Virus record (IMG/VR): IMGVR_UViG_3300049142_000153
Coordinates: 1-55,689 of that record
Source: a virus
Taxonomy: Duplodnaviria > Caudoviricetes
DNA length: 55,689 bases
Direction: 5' to 3' (one strand)
Shown here: piece by piece, positions 48,024 through 55,449 of the stretch
Layout: every line of letters starts with the position of its first letter
Position numbering within the stretch: the stretch's first letter is position 1
The notes under the pieces: generated by a model
Seen by the model: the letters and a program-made list of their open reading frames with translations, nothing else
Told to the model about the DNA's origin: nothing
Database searches by the model: none
Made by a program: the position numbers and the translations under genes

Positions 48024-48557
48024 ATGACTGAGTACGTCGCCAAGTGCAGCTCTGGCGTTCGGGACACCATCACGGCCCGCGTCGACGGTTCGTCCATCGA
48101 GCTGAAGGCTGCGCACGAAGGGGGCCGAAAGCTGGAGATCTACCTCTACGAGGACGACGCCCGCACCTTCGCCCGCGGCATCCTCGCACTAGCCGACGAG
48201 CTCGACGGGGAAGAGGTGGCGGAGGCTGCTCCGAAGCGCGCGGTCAAGGTCGGTGACCGGGTGCGGATCACTCGAAACCACGTAATGGACGGAGACGAGA
48301 ACCTCGGAACTGTAGGCCAGCTGTCGCGCATCGACGCCGGCGACCTCGTGTACCCGTACCTCGTCGAGCTGCCCGACGGCATCGAGTGGTGGTGTGTGAA
48401 GGTCGAGCTCGTCGACGCGCCGGAGCCCGCGCCGGTCGACGCCCCCTCGTCCGCCTTCGCCGGCCTCGTCACGCAGGCGAAGCAGCTGCTCGAAGGCACC
48501 GCGCACAACGGCGCGGACATCATCACCCTCGCGCGCGAGATGGCCGACCGGGTGTAG
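48024..48557 (+). CDS. Hypothetical protein
   Basis: GAGGAG RBS; flanked by operators. Confidence 0.7.
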   Translation: MTEYVAKCSSGVRDTITARVDGSSIELKAAHEGGRKLEIYLYEDDARTFARGILALADELDGEEVAEAAPKRAVKVGDRVRITRNHVMDGDENLGTVGQLSRIDAGDLVYPYLVELPDGIEWWCVKVELVDAPEPAPVDAPSSAFAGLVTQAKQLLEGTAHNGADIITLAREMADRV

Positions 48558-48603
48558 CGCAAAACGTTTAGCGGTACCGACAGTCACTCACAGAGGAGAG
48601 AGC

Positions 48604-49023
48604 ATGTACGCGGAAGAGACGCTGGGCGAGTACGAGGACGACGGCACCATGCCGGACAACGTGGACAAGCTGAGAGAGTCCGTCGTCGGTCACCGCATCG
48701 TCAAGGCGGAGGAGGTGGAGGTCCAGACTCGGTGGGGCGGCTCTGAGAAGGCACTCGTCATCACCCTGGACAACGGCAAGTGCGTGGAGCTCCAGGGCTC
48801 CAACGACTGTTGTGCGTACACGGAGCTGGAGAGCTTCCTTCTCCACGCGGACCGTGTCGACCACATCATTACCGGAGTCGGTACCACCGACGGGTTCGCT
48901 ACATGGCACATATTCGCCGACATGGGCGACGTCCTCGAACTGTCGGTGGGGTGGAGCTCCGGGAACCCCTTCTACTACGGCTACGGGTTCAACATCAGCG
49001 TCAGGGAGCTGACGAGCCAGTAG
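48604..49023 (+). CDS. Hypothetical protein (DCCA motif)
   Basis: GAGGAG RBS; flanked by operators. Confidence 0.7.
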   Translation: MYAEETLGEYEDDGTMPDNVDKLRESVVGHRIVKAEEVEVQTRWGGSEKALVITLDNGKCVELQGSNDCCAYTELESFLLHADRVDHIITGVGTTDGFATWHIFADMGDVLELSVGWSSGNPFYYGYGFNISVRELTSQ

Positions 49024-49076
49024 CGCAAAACGTTTGTCGCTAGGTGTTGTGGTGGCCGACTCATCTATGCCATAGT
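49021..49076 (+). promoter_or_regulatory. Operator plus promoter cassette 1 (TTGTGG-N18-CATAGT)
   Basis: About 56-bp repeat, four copies. Confidence 0.75.
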
Positions 49077-49142
49077 CATCACACCGCAAGGCACTAACGC
49101 AGCGGGGCGCCTCACACGGGGCGCCCCAGGGGAGGGGACGAG

Positions 49143-49397
49143 ATGAGCACCAGCACGGTTCGCGAAGAGGCTCAGTCCACGATTCAGACGCTGTCCGCCA
49201 AGCTCACCAACGAAGCCCTGTGCCTCGCGTGGATGGGTACCGAGGGCAAGCCTGCCACTCAAGAACTCGCCATAGTACGCGGTTGGATCATGGATGAGCT
49301 GAACCGCCGTCTCGGAGACGACCTGTTCGACGAATGGCTGATGGATGTCGACGAGAACGGCGACGGCGTTACTCCGCTCGCCTACTTGACGCAGTAG
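49143..49397 (+). CDS. Hypothetical protein
   Basis: GGAGGGG RBS downstream of cassette 1. Confidence 0.65.
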   Translation: MSTSTVREEAQSTIQTLSAKLTNEALCLAWMGTEGKPATQELAIVRGWIMDELNRRLGDDLFDEWLMDVDENGDGVTPLAYLTQ

Positions 49398-49405
49398 GAG
49401 ACGTC

Positions 49406-49591
49406 ATGCCGAAGAACCGGGTCGCCTTCCTGGCGCTTGAGGGGGGCGGCATGGGCGCCGGGGAGCTTCTATGCCTCACCGGATTCGTGCGCTGTGCACG
49501 CTGTGGGTTCGTAGTCCACAGCGAGAGGCTCGACGAGCTGCCCGAGCACTATTGCGCTCGGCGGCTAGAGCTTCGCCGCACATCCGACTGA
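49406..49591 (+). CDS. Small Cys/His-containing hypothetical protein
   Basis: AGGAG RBS; CARC...HYC; stop 2 nt before the ribozyme. Confidence 0.55.
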   Translation: MPKNRVAFLALEGGGMGAGELLCLTGFVRCARCGFVVHSERLDELPEHYCARRLELRRTSD

Positions 49592-49593
49592 TA

Positions 49594-49655
49594 GCCGAAA
49601 CGCCCTCCGGGGCGTCCGCGGGGAATGGCCTACCCGCGCTGAGGAGGCAGGCCGT
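49594..49655 (+). ncRNA. Type II hammerhead ribozyme with loop I pseudoknot
   Basis: gcc-GAAA-cgccc(uccg)gggcg-UC^-cgcggg(gaauggccua)cccgcg-CUGAGGA-ggc-aggccgu; all core nucleotides and stems intact. Confidence 0.9.
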
Positions 49656-49665
49656 AGGAGGACAG

Positions 49666-49875
49666 ATGGCGGACATAGGCGAGCGTGCCGAGGACTTGAA
49701 GTCGGGCGACCTGATCGTGTGTAACGACGGCGATTACTGGCTTCGGGTCATCGAGATTCGCAGGCTGGTGCCGAACGTGGTCGACGTGGTGACACACCTC
49801 CGTCAGAGTCCCGGCGGGCCGCACCATGTCATGCACTACAGCCCAGACGACCGCGTAGAGATCGTCCGATTCTGA
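49666..49875 (+). CDS. Hypothetical protein (AEDL..GD, SH3-like)
   Basis: AGGAGG RBS directly after the ribozyme. Confidence 0.65.
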   Translation: MADIGERAEDLKSGDLIVCNDGDYWLRVIEIRRLVPNVVDVVTHLRQSPGGPHHVMHYSPDDRVEIVRF

Positions 49876-49880
49876 AGCCC

Positions 49881-49951
49881 GCCCCGTCTAGGTAAGCCTG
49901 ACCGACACCCCCAGTGCCGGCGGGCGCGCGGTTCGACTCCGCGGCGGGACA
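49881..49951 (+). ncRNA. tRNA-like element / degenerate tRNA
   Basis: T arm cgcgg-TTCGACT-ccgcg; 6/7 acceptor pairs; shrunken D arm; non-canonical anticodon arm. Confidence 0.45.
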
Positions 49952-49979
49952 CTCGTAGAGATCCACGTCAGGAGGTCCC

Positions 49980-50141
49980 ATGTTGAAGCGCATCCTCGAC
50001 CGTCGACACCCGAACGCCGCTCGCGCGCAGGACGTCGCGCGGGAAGAAGCGGACGGTCGATTCGACTACCGGTCCCCGGAAGGCCGTCGACTCGTGACCG
50101 CCAACCGGGCATACCTGGCCCTGCACCCCGAGTGGAAATAG
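49980..50141 (+). CDS. Small hypothetical protein
   Basis: AGGAGG RBS. Confidence 0.55.
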   Translation: MLKRILDRRHPNAARAQDVAREEADGRFDYRSPEGRRLVTANRAYLALHPEWK

Positions 50142-50150
50142 GAGGTGTCC

Positions 50151-50303
50151 ATGCGCCGCACCCCCAACGACTCCGCCGTCCGAGCAGCCTTCGACCGTTT
50201 CCACGCGACGGCGAGCACGAACCGTAAGTCGGCCGTCGAGAAACTCCACAACGACATGCAGCGTGCCGGCGGACCGACGCCGACGCGGGACGAGGAGAAG
50301 TGA
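50151..50303 (+). CDS. Small hypothetical protein
   Basis: AGGAGG RBS. Confidence 0.55.
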   Translation: MRRTPNDSAVRAAFDRFHATASTNRKSAVEKLHNDMQRAGGPTPTRDEEK

Positions 50304-50405
50304 CCGTGGACAGCATCCGAATTGCAGCCGCATGGGCCTTCATGCTCGTCGCCGGCCTGGCGTCGTGGGCCCTCGTCGCCCTGGCCGTGCGCGGCGTCGG
50401 CTGAG

Positions 50406-50461
50406 TAGCGCAAAACGTTTATCGCTAGGTGTTGTGGTGGTCGACTCATCTGTGGCATAGT
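50406..50461 (+). promoter_or_regulatory. Operator plus promoter cassette 2
   Basis: TTGTGG-N18-CATAGT. Confidence 0.75.
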
Positions 50462-50496
50462 CAGAGCAACGCAAGGCACTCACGAAGGAGAACAAC

Positions 50497-50748
50497 ATGA
50501 ACGCCAGCGTCGCCATCATCAACGGCCGCACCTTCCGCCCTGTCATCCGCGACTTCTTCACCGTCGACGGCATCGTGAACGACTTCCGCAACGCCGGCAC
50601 CCGCGCTGACGCCATCGCCGACGTTGCCCGCATCTACGGAGTCGACAACCGCCGCGCTTTCCTGATCGCCCGCCACTTCATGAACCGCACCCTCCGCCTT
50701 CGCGCCATCCTCGACGCCGACCGTCGCCCTGTGCACCACATGGTGTGA
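50497..50748 (+). CDS. Hypothetical protein
   Basis: AAGGAG RBS; lies between promoter and hairpin. Confidence 0.65.
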   Translation: MNASVAIINGRTFRPVIRDFFTVDGIVNDFRNAGTRADAIADVARIYGVDNRRAFLIARHFMNRTLRLRAILDADRRPVHHMV

Positions 50749-50761
50749 TCCGGAACTTCCC

Positions 50762-50796
50762 AAGAGCCCCTGTCAATTGCGGAGACAGGGGCTCTT
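50762..50796 (+). terminator. Hairpin with ATTGCGG loop
   Basis: aagagcccctgtc/gacaggggctctt. Confidence 0.65.
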
Positions 50797-50826
50797 CCCG
50801 TAGTGCGAGTCACTCCAGGAGGAGCC

Positions 50827-51039
50827 ATGACCGAGAGAGCCGAAGAGCTGCACATCACCGCTGGCGAGATCCGTCAGGGCGACGTCTTCACCCTCCACAC
50901 CCACGAGCGCACGGCGCTCCGCGACGCGTGGCCCGTACTGTTCCGCGGGCACGTCTACATCCGGTTCGAGGGCGGGGGAGGGGCGACGATCCCAGCGGAC
51001 CGCCCCCTGACCGTCACGCGCACCGTGGCCACGGCGTGA
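50827..51039 (+). CDS. Hypothetical protein
   Basis: AGGAGG RBS. Confidence 0.6.
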   Translation: MTERAEELHITAGEIRQGDVFTLHTHERTALRDAWPVLFRGHVYIRFEGGGGATIPADRPLTVTRTVATA

Positions 51040-51212
51040 TGTACCGCCTGACGTTCGAGGGCGGGTCGACGTACCTCGTCGACGACGTGGCCCAACGCCA
51101 CTTCCTCCGCCAGGCGGTGAGGCGCGGGGACGAGCTGACGAGGGTCCGGGGCGGGTACGTGGTGACGCTGGTTGGCCGGCGGAGTAGGCGAGTGGCGTTG
51201 ATCGCCGAGTAG
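51039..51212 (+). CDS. Hypothetical protein
   Basis: TGATG-coupled; TAG stop begins an operator copy. Confidence 0.55.
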   Translation: MYRLTFEGGSTYLVDDVAQRHFLRQAVRRGDELTRVRGGYVVTLVGRRSRRVALIAE

Positions 51213-51266
51213 CGCAAAACGTTTGTCGCTGAGGTGTTGTGGTGGTCGACTCATTCATGCCATGAT
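51210..51266 (+). promoter_or_regulatory. Operator plus promoter cassette 3
   Basis: TTGTGG-N18-CATGAT. Confidence 0.75.
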
Positions 51267-51303
51267 GACGGCACAGCGAGAGGCACTCACGAAGGAGCGG
51301 GAC

Positions 51304-51555
51304 ATGAACCAGACCGTCATCGACATCATGCGGGAGATTGGCACGGACGAGTGTGTGGCCGCCATTGAGCCGGAGTTCACGGAGGAAGAGGAGCGCCTCC
51401 TCGACGCGACGGCGAAGAACACGGCGAAGATGAACCTCGGTCAGCTCCAGGGCTACCGGGACGCCTACGCGCCCAGCAGCTTCCACGGCCGCACCCGTGA
51501 GGACGAGCTGTGCTACGAGGCCATTGTCCGAGAGCTCGCCCGTCGCGCTGCCTGA
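51304..51555 (+). CDS. Hypothetical protein
   Basis: AAGGAG RBS. Confidence 0.65.
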   Translation: MNQTVIDIMREIGTDECVAAIEPEFTEEEERLLDATAKNTAKMNLGQLQGYRDAYAPSSFHGRTREDELCYEAIVRELARRAA

Positions 51556-51561
51556 CCACCT

Positions 51562-51598
51562 GCGGAGCCCCTGTCAATTGCGGTGACGGGGGCTCCGC
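51562..51598 (+). terminator. Hairpin with ATTGCGG loop
   Basis: gcggagcccctgtca/tgacgggggctccgc. Confidence 0.65.
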
Positions 51599-51603
51599 TG
51601 GAG

Positions 51604-51659
51604 TAGCGCAAAACGTTTGTCGCTAGGTGTTGTGGTGGCCGACTCATCTATGTCATAGT
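51604..51659 (+). promoter_or_regulatory. Operator plus promoter cassette 4
   Basis: TTGTGG-N18-CATAGT. Confidence 0.75.
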
Positions 51660-51693
51660 TAGGGCAACGCAAGGCACTAACGGAGGAGCGAAC

Positions 51694-52203
51694 ATGAGCA
51701 CGTCGACTATCACCCTGGAAGACGAAATCAACTTCGACACCAATCGCTATGAGCGCGTCGCCCTCGTCGACGTTCAGCCCGGCGACGCCGTACGCATACC
51801 GACGCTGATCATCGACGGTGAGGTCGCGTCGTGGTCCGTCAGGGCCTACACCGTCGAGAGCGTCGAGGAGAAGGCGCCGGGCGTCTTCTTTGTCTGGCGT
51901 CCGGCCGACGAGTTCCCGCCCACGACGACCTGCGACCGGTTCATGATGATGTGCGGTCCGTCCGCCCGCGCGGGAGTGCTGCGCGTAAAGCGTGTCACCC
52001 TCGTCGACGACAACGACAAGATCTGGGCGACGACGAAGAGCAACCCGGAGCTCTCCCACGCGTTCGACAGTGAGCACCGCGCGCTGTGCCGCACGACCAT
52101 CCGCCCCGGAAGCCCGTTCAGGACCACGCTCGCCATGGCGCGGGACATGGTGAAGCTGCACGAGCAGTGCGCGCGCAAGCTGTTCGCGATGGGCGCCGTC
52201 TAG
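51694..52203 (+). CDS. Hypothetical protein
   Basis: GGAGGAG RBS. Confidence 0.65.
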   Translation: MSTSTITLEDEINFDTNRYERVALVDVQPGDAVRIPTLIIDGEVASWSVRAYTVESVEEKAPGVFFVWRPADEFPPTTTCDRFMMMCGPSARAGVLRVKRVTLVDDNDKIWATTKSNPELSHAFDSEHRALCRTTIRPGSPFRTTLAMARDMVKLHEQCARKLFAMGAV

Positions 52204-52212
52204 CAACACCCT

Positions 52213-52247
52213 TGGAGCCCCTGTCAATTGCGGTGACGGGGGCTCCA
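52213..52247 (+). terminator. Hairpin with ATTGCGG loop
   Basis: tggagcccctgtca/tgacgggggctcca. Confidence 0.65.
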
Positions 52248-52290
52248 CTGCACCAGCCACTAACGAACCATGCACACGAACCGAGGAGCC

Positions 52291-52920
52291 ATGAGAGCCA
52301 ACCTCCGCGACCCCCTTCTGATTCAGGCGGTCATCGCCGCCGCTCTGTCCTTCGCCCACATCCACGACATTGCGGAGGCCGCGGGGCAGGGTGGTTGGAA
52401 GGCGTGGGCGTACCCCGTCAGCGTTGACGTGCTGCTCGTCATGGCCTGGAAGCAGGTACGGGAGGCGGACGACGCCGCGAAGAAAGCGCCGCGGGTGTGG
52501 TTCTTCCTGTCCCTCGCTGCGTCCATGGGCGCCAACATCGCCACGGCCGGCGTTCTCGACCTGGAGAACCCCCCGACGCTCCTCCGCGTCCTCGTGGCTG
52601 GTTGGCCCGTACTCGCGTTCTTTGGTGGGTCGCTCCTCGTCCACTCGCGCAAGGCACCCACGGAGGATCCGCAGGAGGCCGCTGGAGAGCCTGCGGGGGA
52701 CGAGGTGGAGTACGAGGTCGCGGAGCCCGTGAACGCGCCGCAGGCGCCCAATCTGGTGACGTACGCGGAGGCTGCTGCCGTCGCCGGCGTCACAGACACA
52801 ACGATCCGCGGAGCCGCGAACAACTCCCGGTTGAGTAAGTACCAGACCACCGAAGGGCCGCGCGTCGACCTCGACGAGGTCCGTAGGGTCTACAACAGCC
52901 GTCGCCCCGTGGCGCCGTGA
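52291..52920 (+). CDS. DUF2637-like four-TM protein with C-terminal HTH
   Basis: ALSFAHI..IA...GQ.GWKAWAYP.SVD...ANIA...WP motif. Confidence 0.75.
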   Translation: MRANLRDPLLIQAVIAAALSFAHIHDIAEAAGQGGWKAWAYPVSVDVLLVMAWKQVREADDAAKKAPRVWFFLSLAASMGANIATAGVLDLENPPTLLRVLVAGWPVLAFFGGSLLVHSRKAPTEDPQEAAGEPAGDEVEYEVAEPVNAPQAPNLVTYAEAAAVAGVTDTTIRGAANNSRLSKYQTTEGPRVDLDEVRRVYNSRRPVAP

Positions 52921-52931
52921 GGAGACAGACG

Positions 52932-53441
52932 ATGTTCCAGGAAATCAGCCGGATGATCGACCACGACGTCTGTAACGACGTCAGCGTGTTCACGAGTGAG
53001 GGCAACCCGTACGGTCGCCCCACGTCGCAGTTCACCAAGGGGCACGTCTTCCAGGGGTACCCCTACGACAACGAGGCGCCAATCAGATACACCCCCGCGC
53101 AGGCACGTGAACTCGCTGCCGCTCTCCTCCGTGCGGCCGACGAAGCGGAGGGCGTGGAGCCGCGTATCACCCTGAAGGATGTCCCCGAGGATCTCCTTCA
53201 GGGTGATACGAAGGAGCACATGCGGACTCACGTTTACGTCAACGTGAGCGCGACGGAGTGGAACCCGGACGGGCGCAGGTACCGACGGGCTGGATACCGG
53301 AAGTGCGTCGAGCGCGACGCGTGGTTCAGCGCGAGCGACGCTCAGCGCACAGCGGCGCTCGTGGAGGCGGGGAACTACGTCGCGCAGAGCAGTCGCCATC
53401 AGGCGGAGGTGGAGGGACAGTGGCCTCCGCCCAGCGTGTAG
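52932..53441 (+). CDS. Hypothetical protein
   Basis: TPAQARELAAALLRAAD motif; GAGGAG RBS. Confidence 0.6.
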   Translation: MFQEISRMIDHDVCNDVSVFTSEGNPYGRPTSQFTKGHVFQGYPYDNEAPIRYTPAQARELAAALLRAADEAEGVEPRITLKDVPEDLLQGDTKEHMRTHVYVNVSATEWNPDGRRYRRAGYRKCVERDAWFSASDAQRTAALVEAGNYVAQSSRHQAEVEGQWPPPSV

Positions 53442-53461
53442 CGCGGACGTACGATCGAGCT

Positions 53462-53587
53462 ATGAGTTCCCAAGCCGGACCGTGCGCCAGATGCCACCAG
53501 CCGACCGTGAGGTACGTCGCTGGAGGTAACCCGCTCTGCCCGACGTGCCTGGAGAAGGTCCGGGCGGAGCGAGGCGGCAAGCACTGA
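53462..53587 (+). CDS. Small Zn-finger peptide (probably leaderless)
   Basis: CARC...CPTC; TACGAT 6 nt before ATG. Confidence 0.45.
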   Translation: MSSQAGPCARCHQPTVRYVAGGNPLCPTCLEKVRAERGGKH

Positions 53588-53594
53588 GCACAGC

Positions 53595-53628
53595 AGAGCC
53601 CCCGTCGCATCACGCGGCGGGGGCTTTC
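53595..53628 (+). terminator. Terminator
   Basis: agagcccccgtcgc/gcggcgggggctttc. Confidence 0.7.
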
Positions 53629-54130
53629 GTGCGTCCGGACCCTAGATATTTTACCCACGAAACATGTTGTGTCGACCACCATAACTCTGCTACGATAATC
53701 ACACACGGAAGAGGGGAGGGAACGGAATGACTCGGGAAGATGCGGCCTTCATCGCAACCATCGTCGGCGCAGTGTTCACTGTGATCGGCGCTCTGGGATC
53801 CTGGGCGGGAGCGTGGTACGCCCGCGAAGCGATCAAGCGGAGAGGCCGTCACCGCCGATAGGCGGACCGGGGGAGGTAGTCAAAGTACCTCCCCCGGGAC
53901 TTCCAGAGTATCCCGAACCCCGGAGCGCACGAAGGAGGAACGATGCAGTTCATCGTCAGGTACGGCGACGTACTCGCCGTCGTGGCGGGAGGCGTCGCCA
54001 TCGGCGCCGCGGAGGCCCTAGCGGACGTCAGTCCGGTGTGGTGGGGCGTGTGGTTGGCTGGCGTTATCGCCGTGGCCGGCGCACGCATCTACCGTCGCCG
54101 GCTGGAGCGTCAGGCGTAGGGCCGGCATGA

Positions 54131-54167
54131 AGGAGCCCCCGTCGGAGAGATCCGGCGGGGGCTCTTT
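54131..54167. terminator. Terminator between convergent genes
   Basis: gagcccccgtcgga/tccggcgggggctcttt. Confidence 0.75.
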
Positions 54168-54181
54168 GCGTTGTGCCTAGA

Positions 54182-54397
54182 TTAGGCGACGTCGCCACGC
54201 TTCACAGCGTTGACGAAGTCACCCCACGTGGTGTCGGCGAAGACGACCGCAGGGCCGGCAGGGCGCTTGCTGTCACGCACGGGGAGAGCAGCGGTGAGGG
54301 CGCCGTGAGCGACCTCCACGCAGTTGTTGCCCCCGTCGCTGTACGTGGACCGGGTCCATGTGAAGTCCGGTGCGGACGAATCATTGATCGTGGTCAT
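54182..54397 (-). CDS. DUF397 (BldB-like) protein
   Basis: W.RSTYS.G.NNCVEVA...VRDSK.P.GP...W..F. Confidence 0.9.
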   Translation of the reverse strand: MTTINDSSAPDFTWTRSTYSDGGNNCVEVAHGALTAALPVRDSKRPAGPAVVFADTTWGDFVNAVKRGDVA

Positions 54398-55248
54398 TGG
54401 ATGCTGTCCTTCAGGGTTGCAATGAGGTCGGCCGATTCGTCGAGGGGCAGAGCTGTCGCGCGTAGATGCTCGAACGCGCTGCCGTATCGACTCACTTCCG
54501 CAGCGTCCTCGACGTAGAGCGCAGAGGTCAGATGCTCCATCAGGACGACGTCGAGGTCCGACGCCTCCGGGAACCCGACCACCGTGAAGCCGCCGCTCAT
54601 GCCTACGTGTGGCGGGGCGTCGAGTGGCAGCACCTGTATCGAGACGTGCGGAAGTCTTGCGGTGTCTAGTAGCCGCTGAAGCTGCTCTCTCATCATCGAC
54701 GGAGCGCCCTTGACCCTGGGGCGTAGCGCTGCCTCGTGGATGATGGCCCACAGCTCTAGTGGCTTGGGGCGTGAGAGGACGGACTGACGCGCGAGGCGCA
54801 CCTCTACGAGGGCGTCAATCTCGCTGTCTGTCGACGTCATGTTGATGGCGCCGATGGTGGCGCGTGCGTACGCGGCCGTCTGTAGGAGTCCAGGGATGAG
54901 CGACGACTGATACGACCGCATGCTGACGGCATCTGATTCGAGGCTGATCAAGTCTGCGTAGGCAGGCGAGATGATGTCCCGATACGTCTGCCACCACCCG
55001 CGCTGCCGTCCATGGCGGGCAATCCGGCGGAGCATGTCCCGCTTGGCGGAGTCCTCGATGGCACAGGCGTCCATGAGCGCGTCAAGATCCGAAGGTTTGG
55101 TTCCGAGCTGACCCTTCTCGATCCGGCTCACCTTGGACGACGTCCACCCGAGGAGGCTAGCAACCTCGTCGATCTTCAGGCCCGCACGCTCACGCGCCCT
55201 GCGGAGCTCGCTGCCAAGCTGCCGCGTGCGGACGGTCGGCTCACCCAT
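54394..55248 (-). CDS. XRE HTH plus DUF5753 transcriptional regulator (WhiJ/Scr1-like)
   Basis: LG.ELR..R...SKVSRIE.G, GWW, IPGLLQT..YA, R..RQ, EAAL. Confidence 0.92.
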   Translation of the reverse strand: MGEPTVRTRQLGSELRRARERAGLKIDEVASLLGWTSSKVSRIEKGQLGTKPSDLDALMDACAIEDSAKRDMLRRIARHGRQRGWWQTYRDIISPAYADLISLESDAVSMRSYQSSLIPGLLQTAAYARATIGAINMTSTDSEIDALVEVRLARQSVLSRPKPLELWAIIHEAALRPRVKGAPSMMREQLQRLLDTARLPHVSIQVLPLDAPPHVGMSGGFTVVGFPEASDLDVVLMEHLTSALYVEDAAEVSRYGSAFEHLRATALPLDESADLIATLKDSIQ

Positions 55249-55332
55249 CGGAACCCCCTCTCATGCCCCATCTTCGCGCCATGCGATGTGTCGAGCTACA
55301 GCTTTCCACAGTGGGATGCCCAGTGCGGCGAT

Positions 55333-55375
55333 CAGAATGCAATTTTGCAGACTTGGGCTTTCAGGTTGCATTCTG
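55333..55375. promoter_or_regulatory. 10-bp inverted repeat CAGAATGCAA/TTGCATTCTG, candidate XRE operator
   Basis: Perfect IR in the divergent intergenic region. Confidence 0.5.
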
Positions 55376-55449
55376 GGGTCATCTTTCGTCACACTGGCAG
55401 TGCCATTCCGCGCACCGTGGGTGATCAGATGCAGGGATTAGGAGGCGTC

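Larger units (their letters stand above)
1..54167 (+). mobile_element. Temperate Streptomyces-type siphovirus/prophage (boundaries not defined; may extend to or beyond the window end)
   Basis: Complete ordered head-tail-lysis-repressor-replication modules; high GC; no att site or integrase seen. Confidence 0.9.

Noticed and set aside
49881-49951. Functional tRNA-Gly(CCC)
   Set aside because: Truncated D arm, mismatched anticodon stem, no U33; kept only as tRNA-like
49021-51659. Repeats as a CRISPR array
   Set aside because: Spacing is irregular (hundreds of bp, containing ORFs), no cas genes are present, and the repeats contain promoter boxes
53444-53459. Second SOS box
   Set aside because: Three mismatches to consensus; better explained as a -10 for a leaderless ORF
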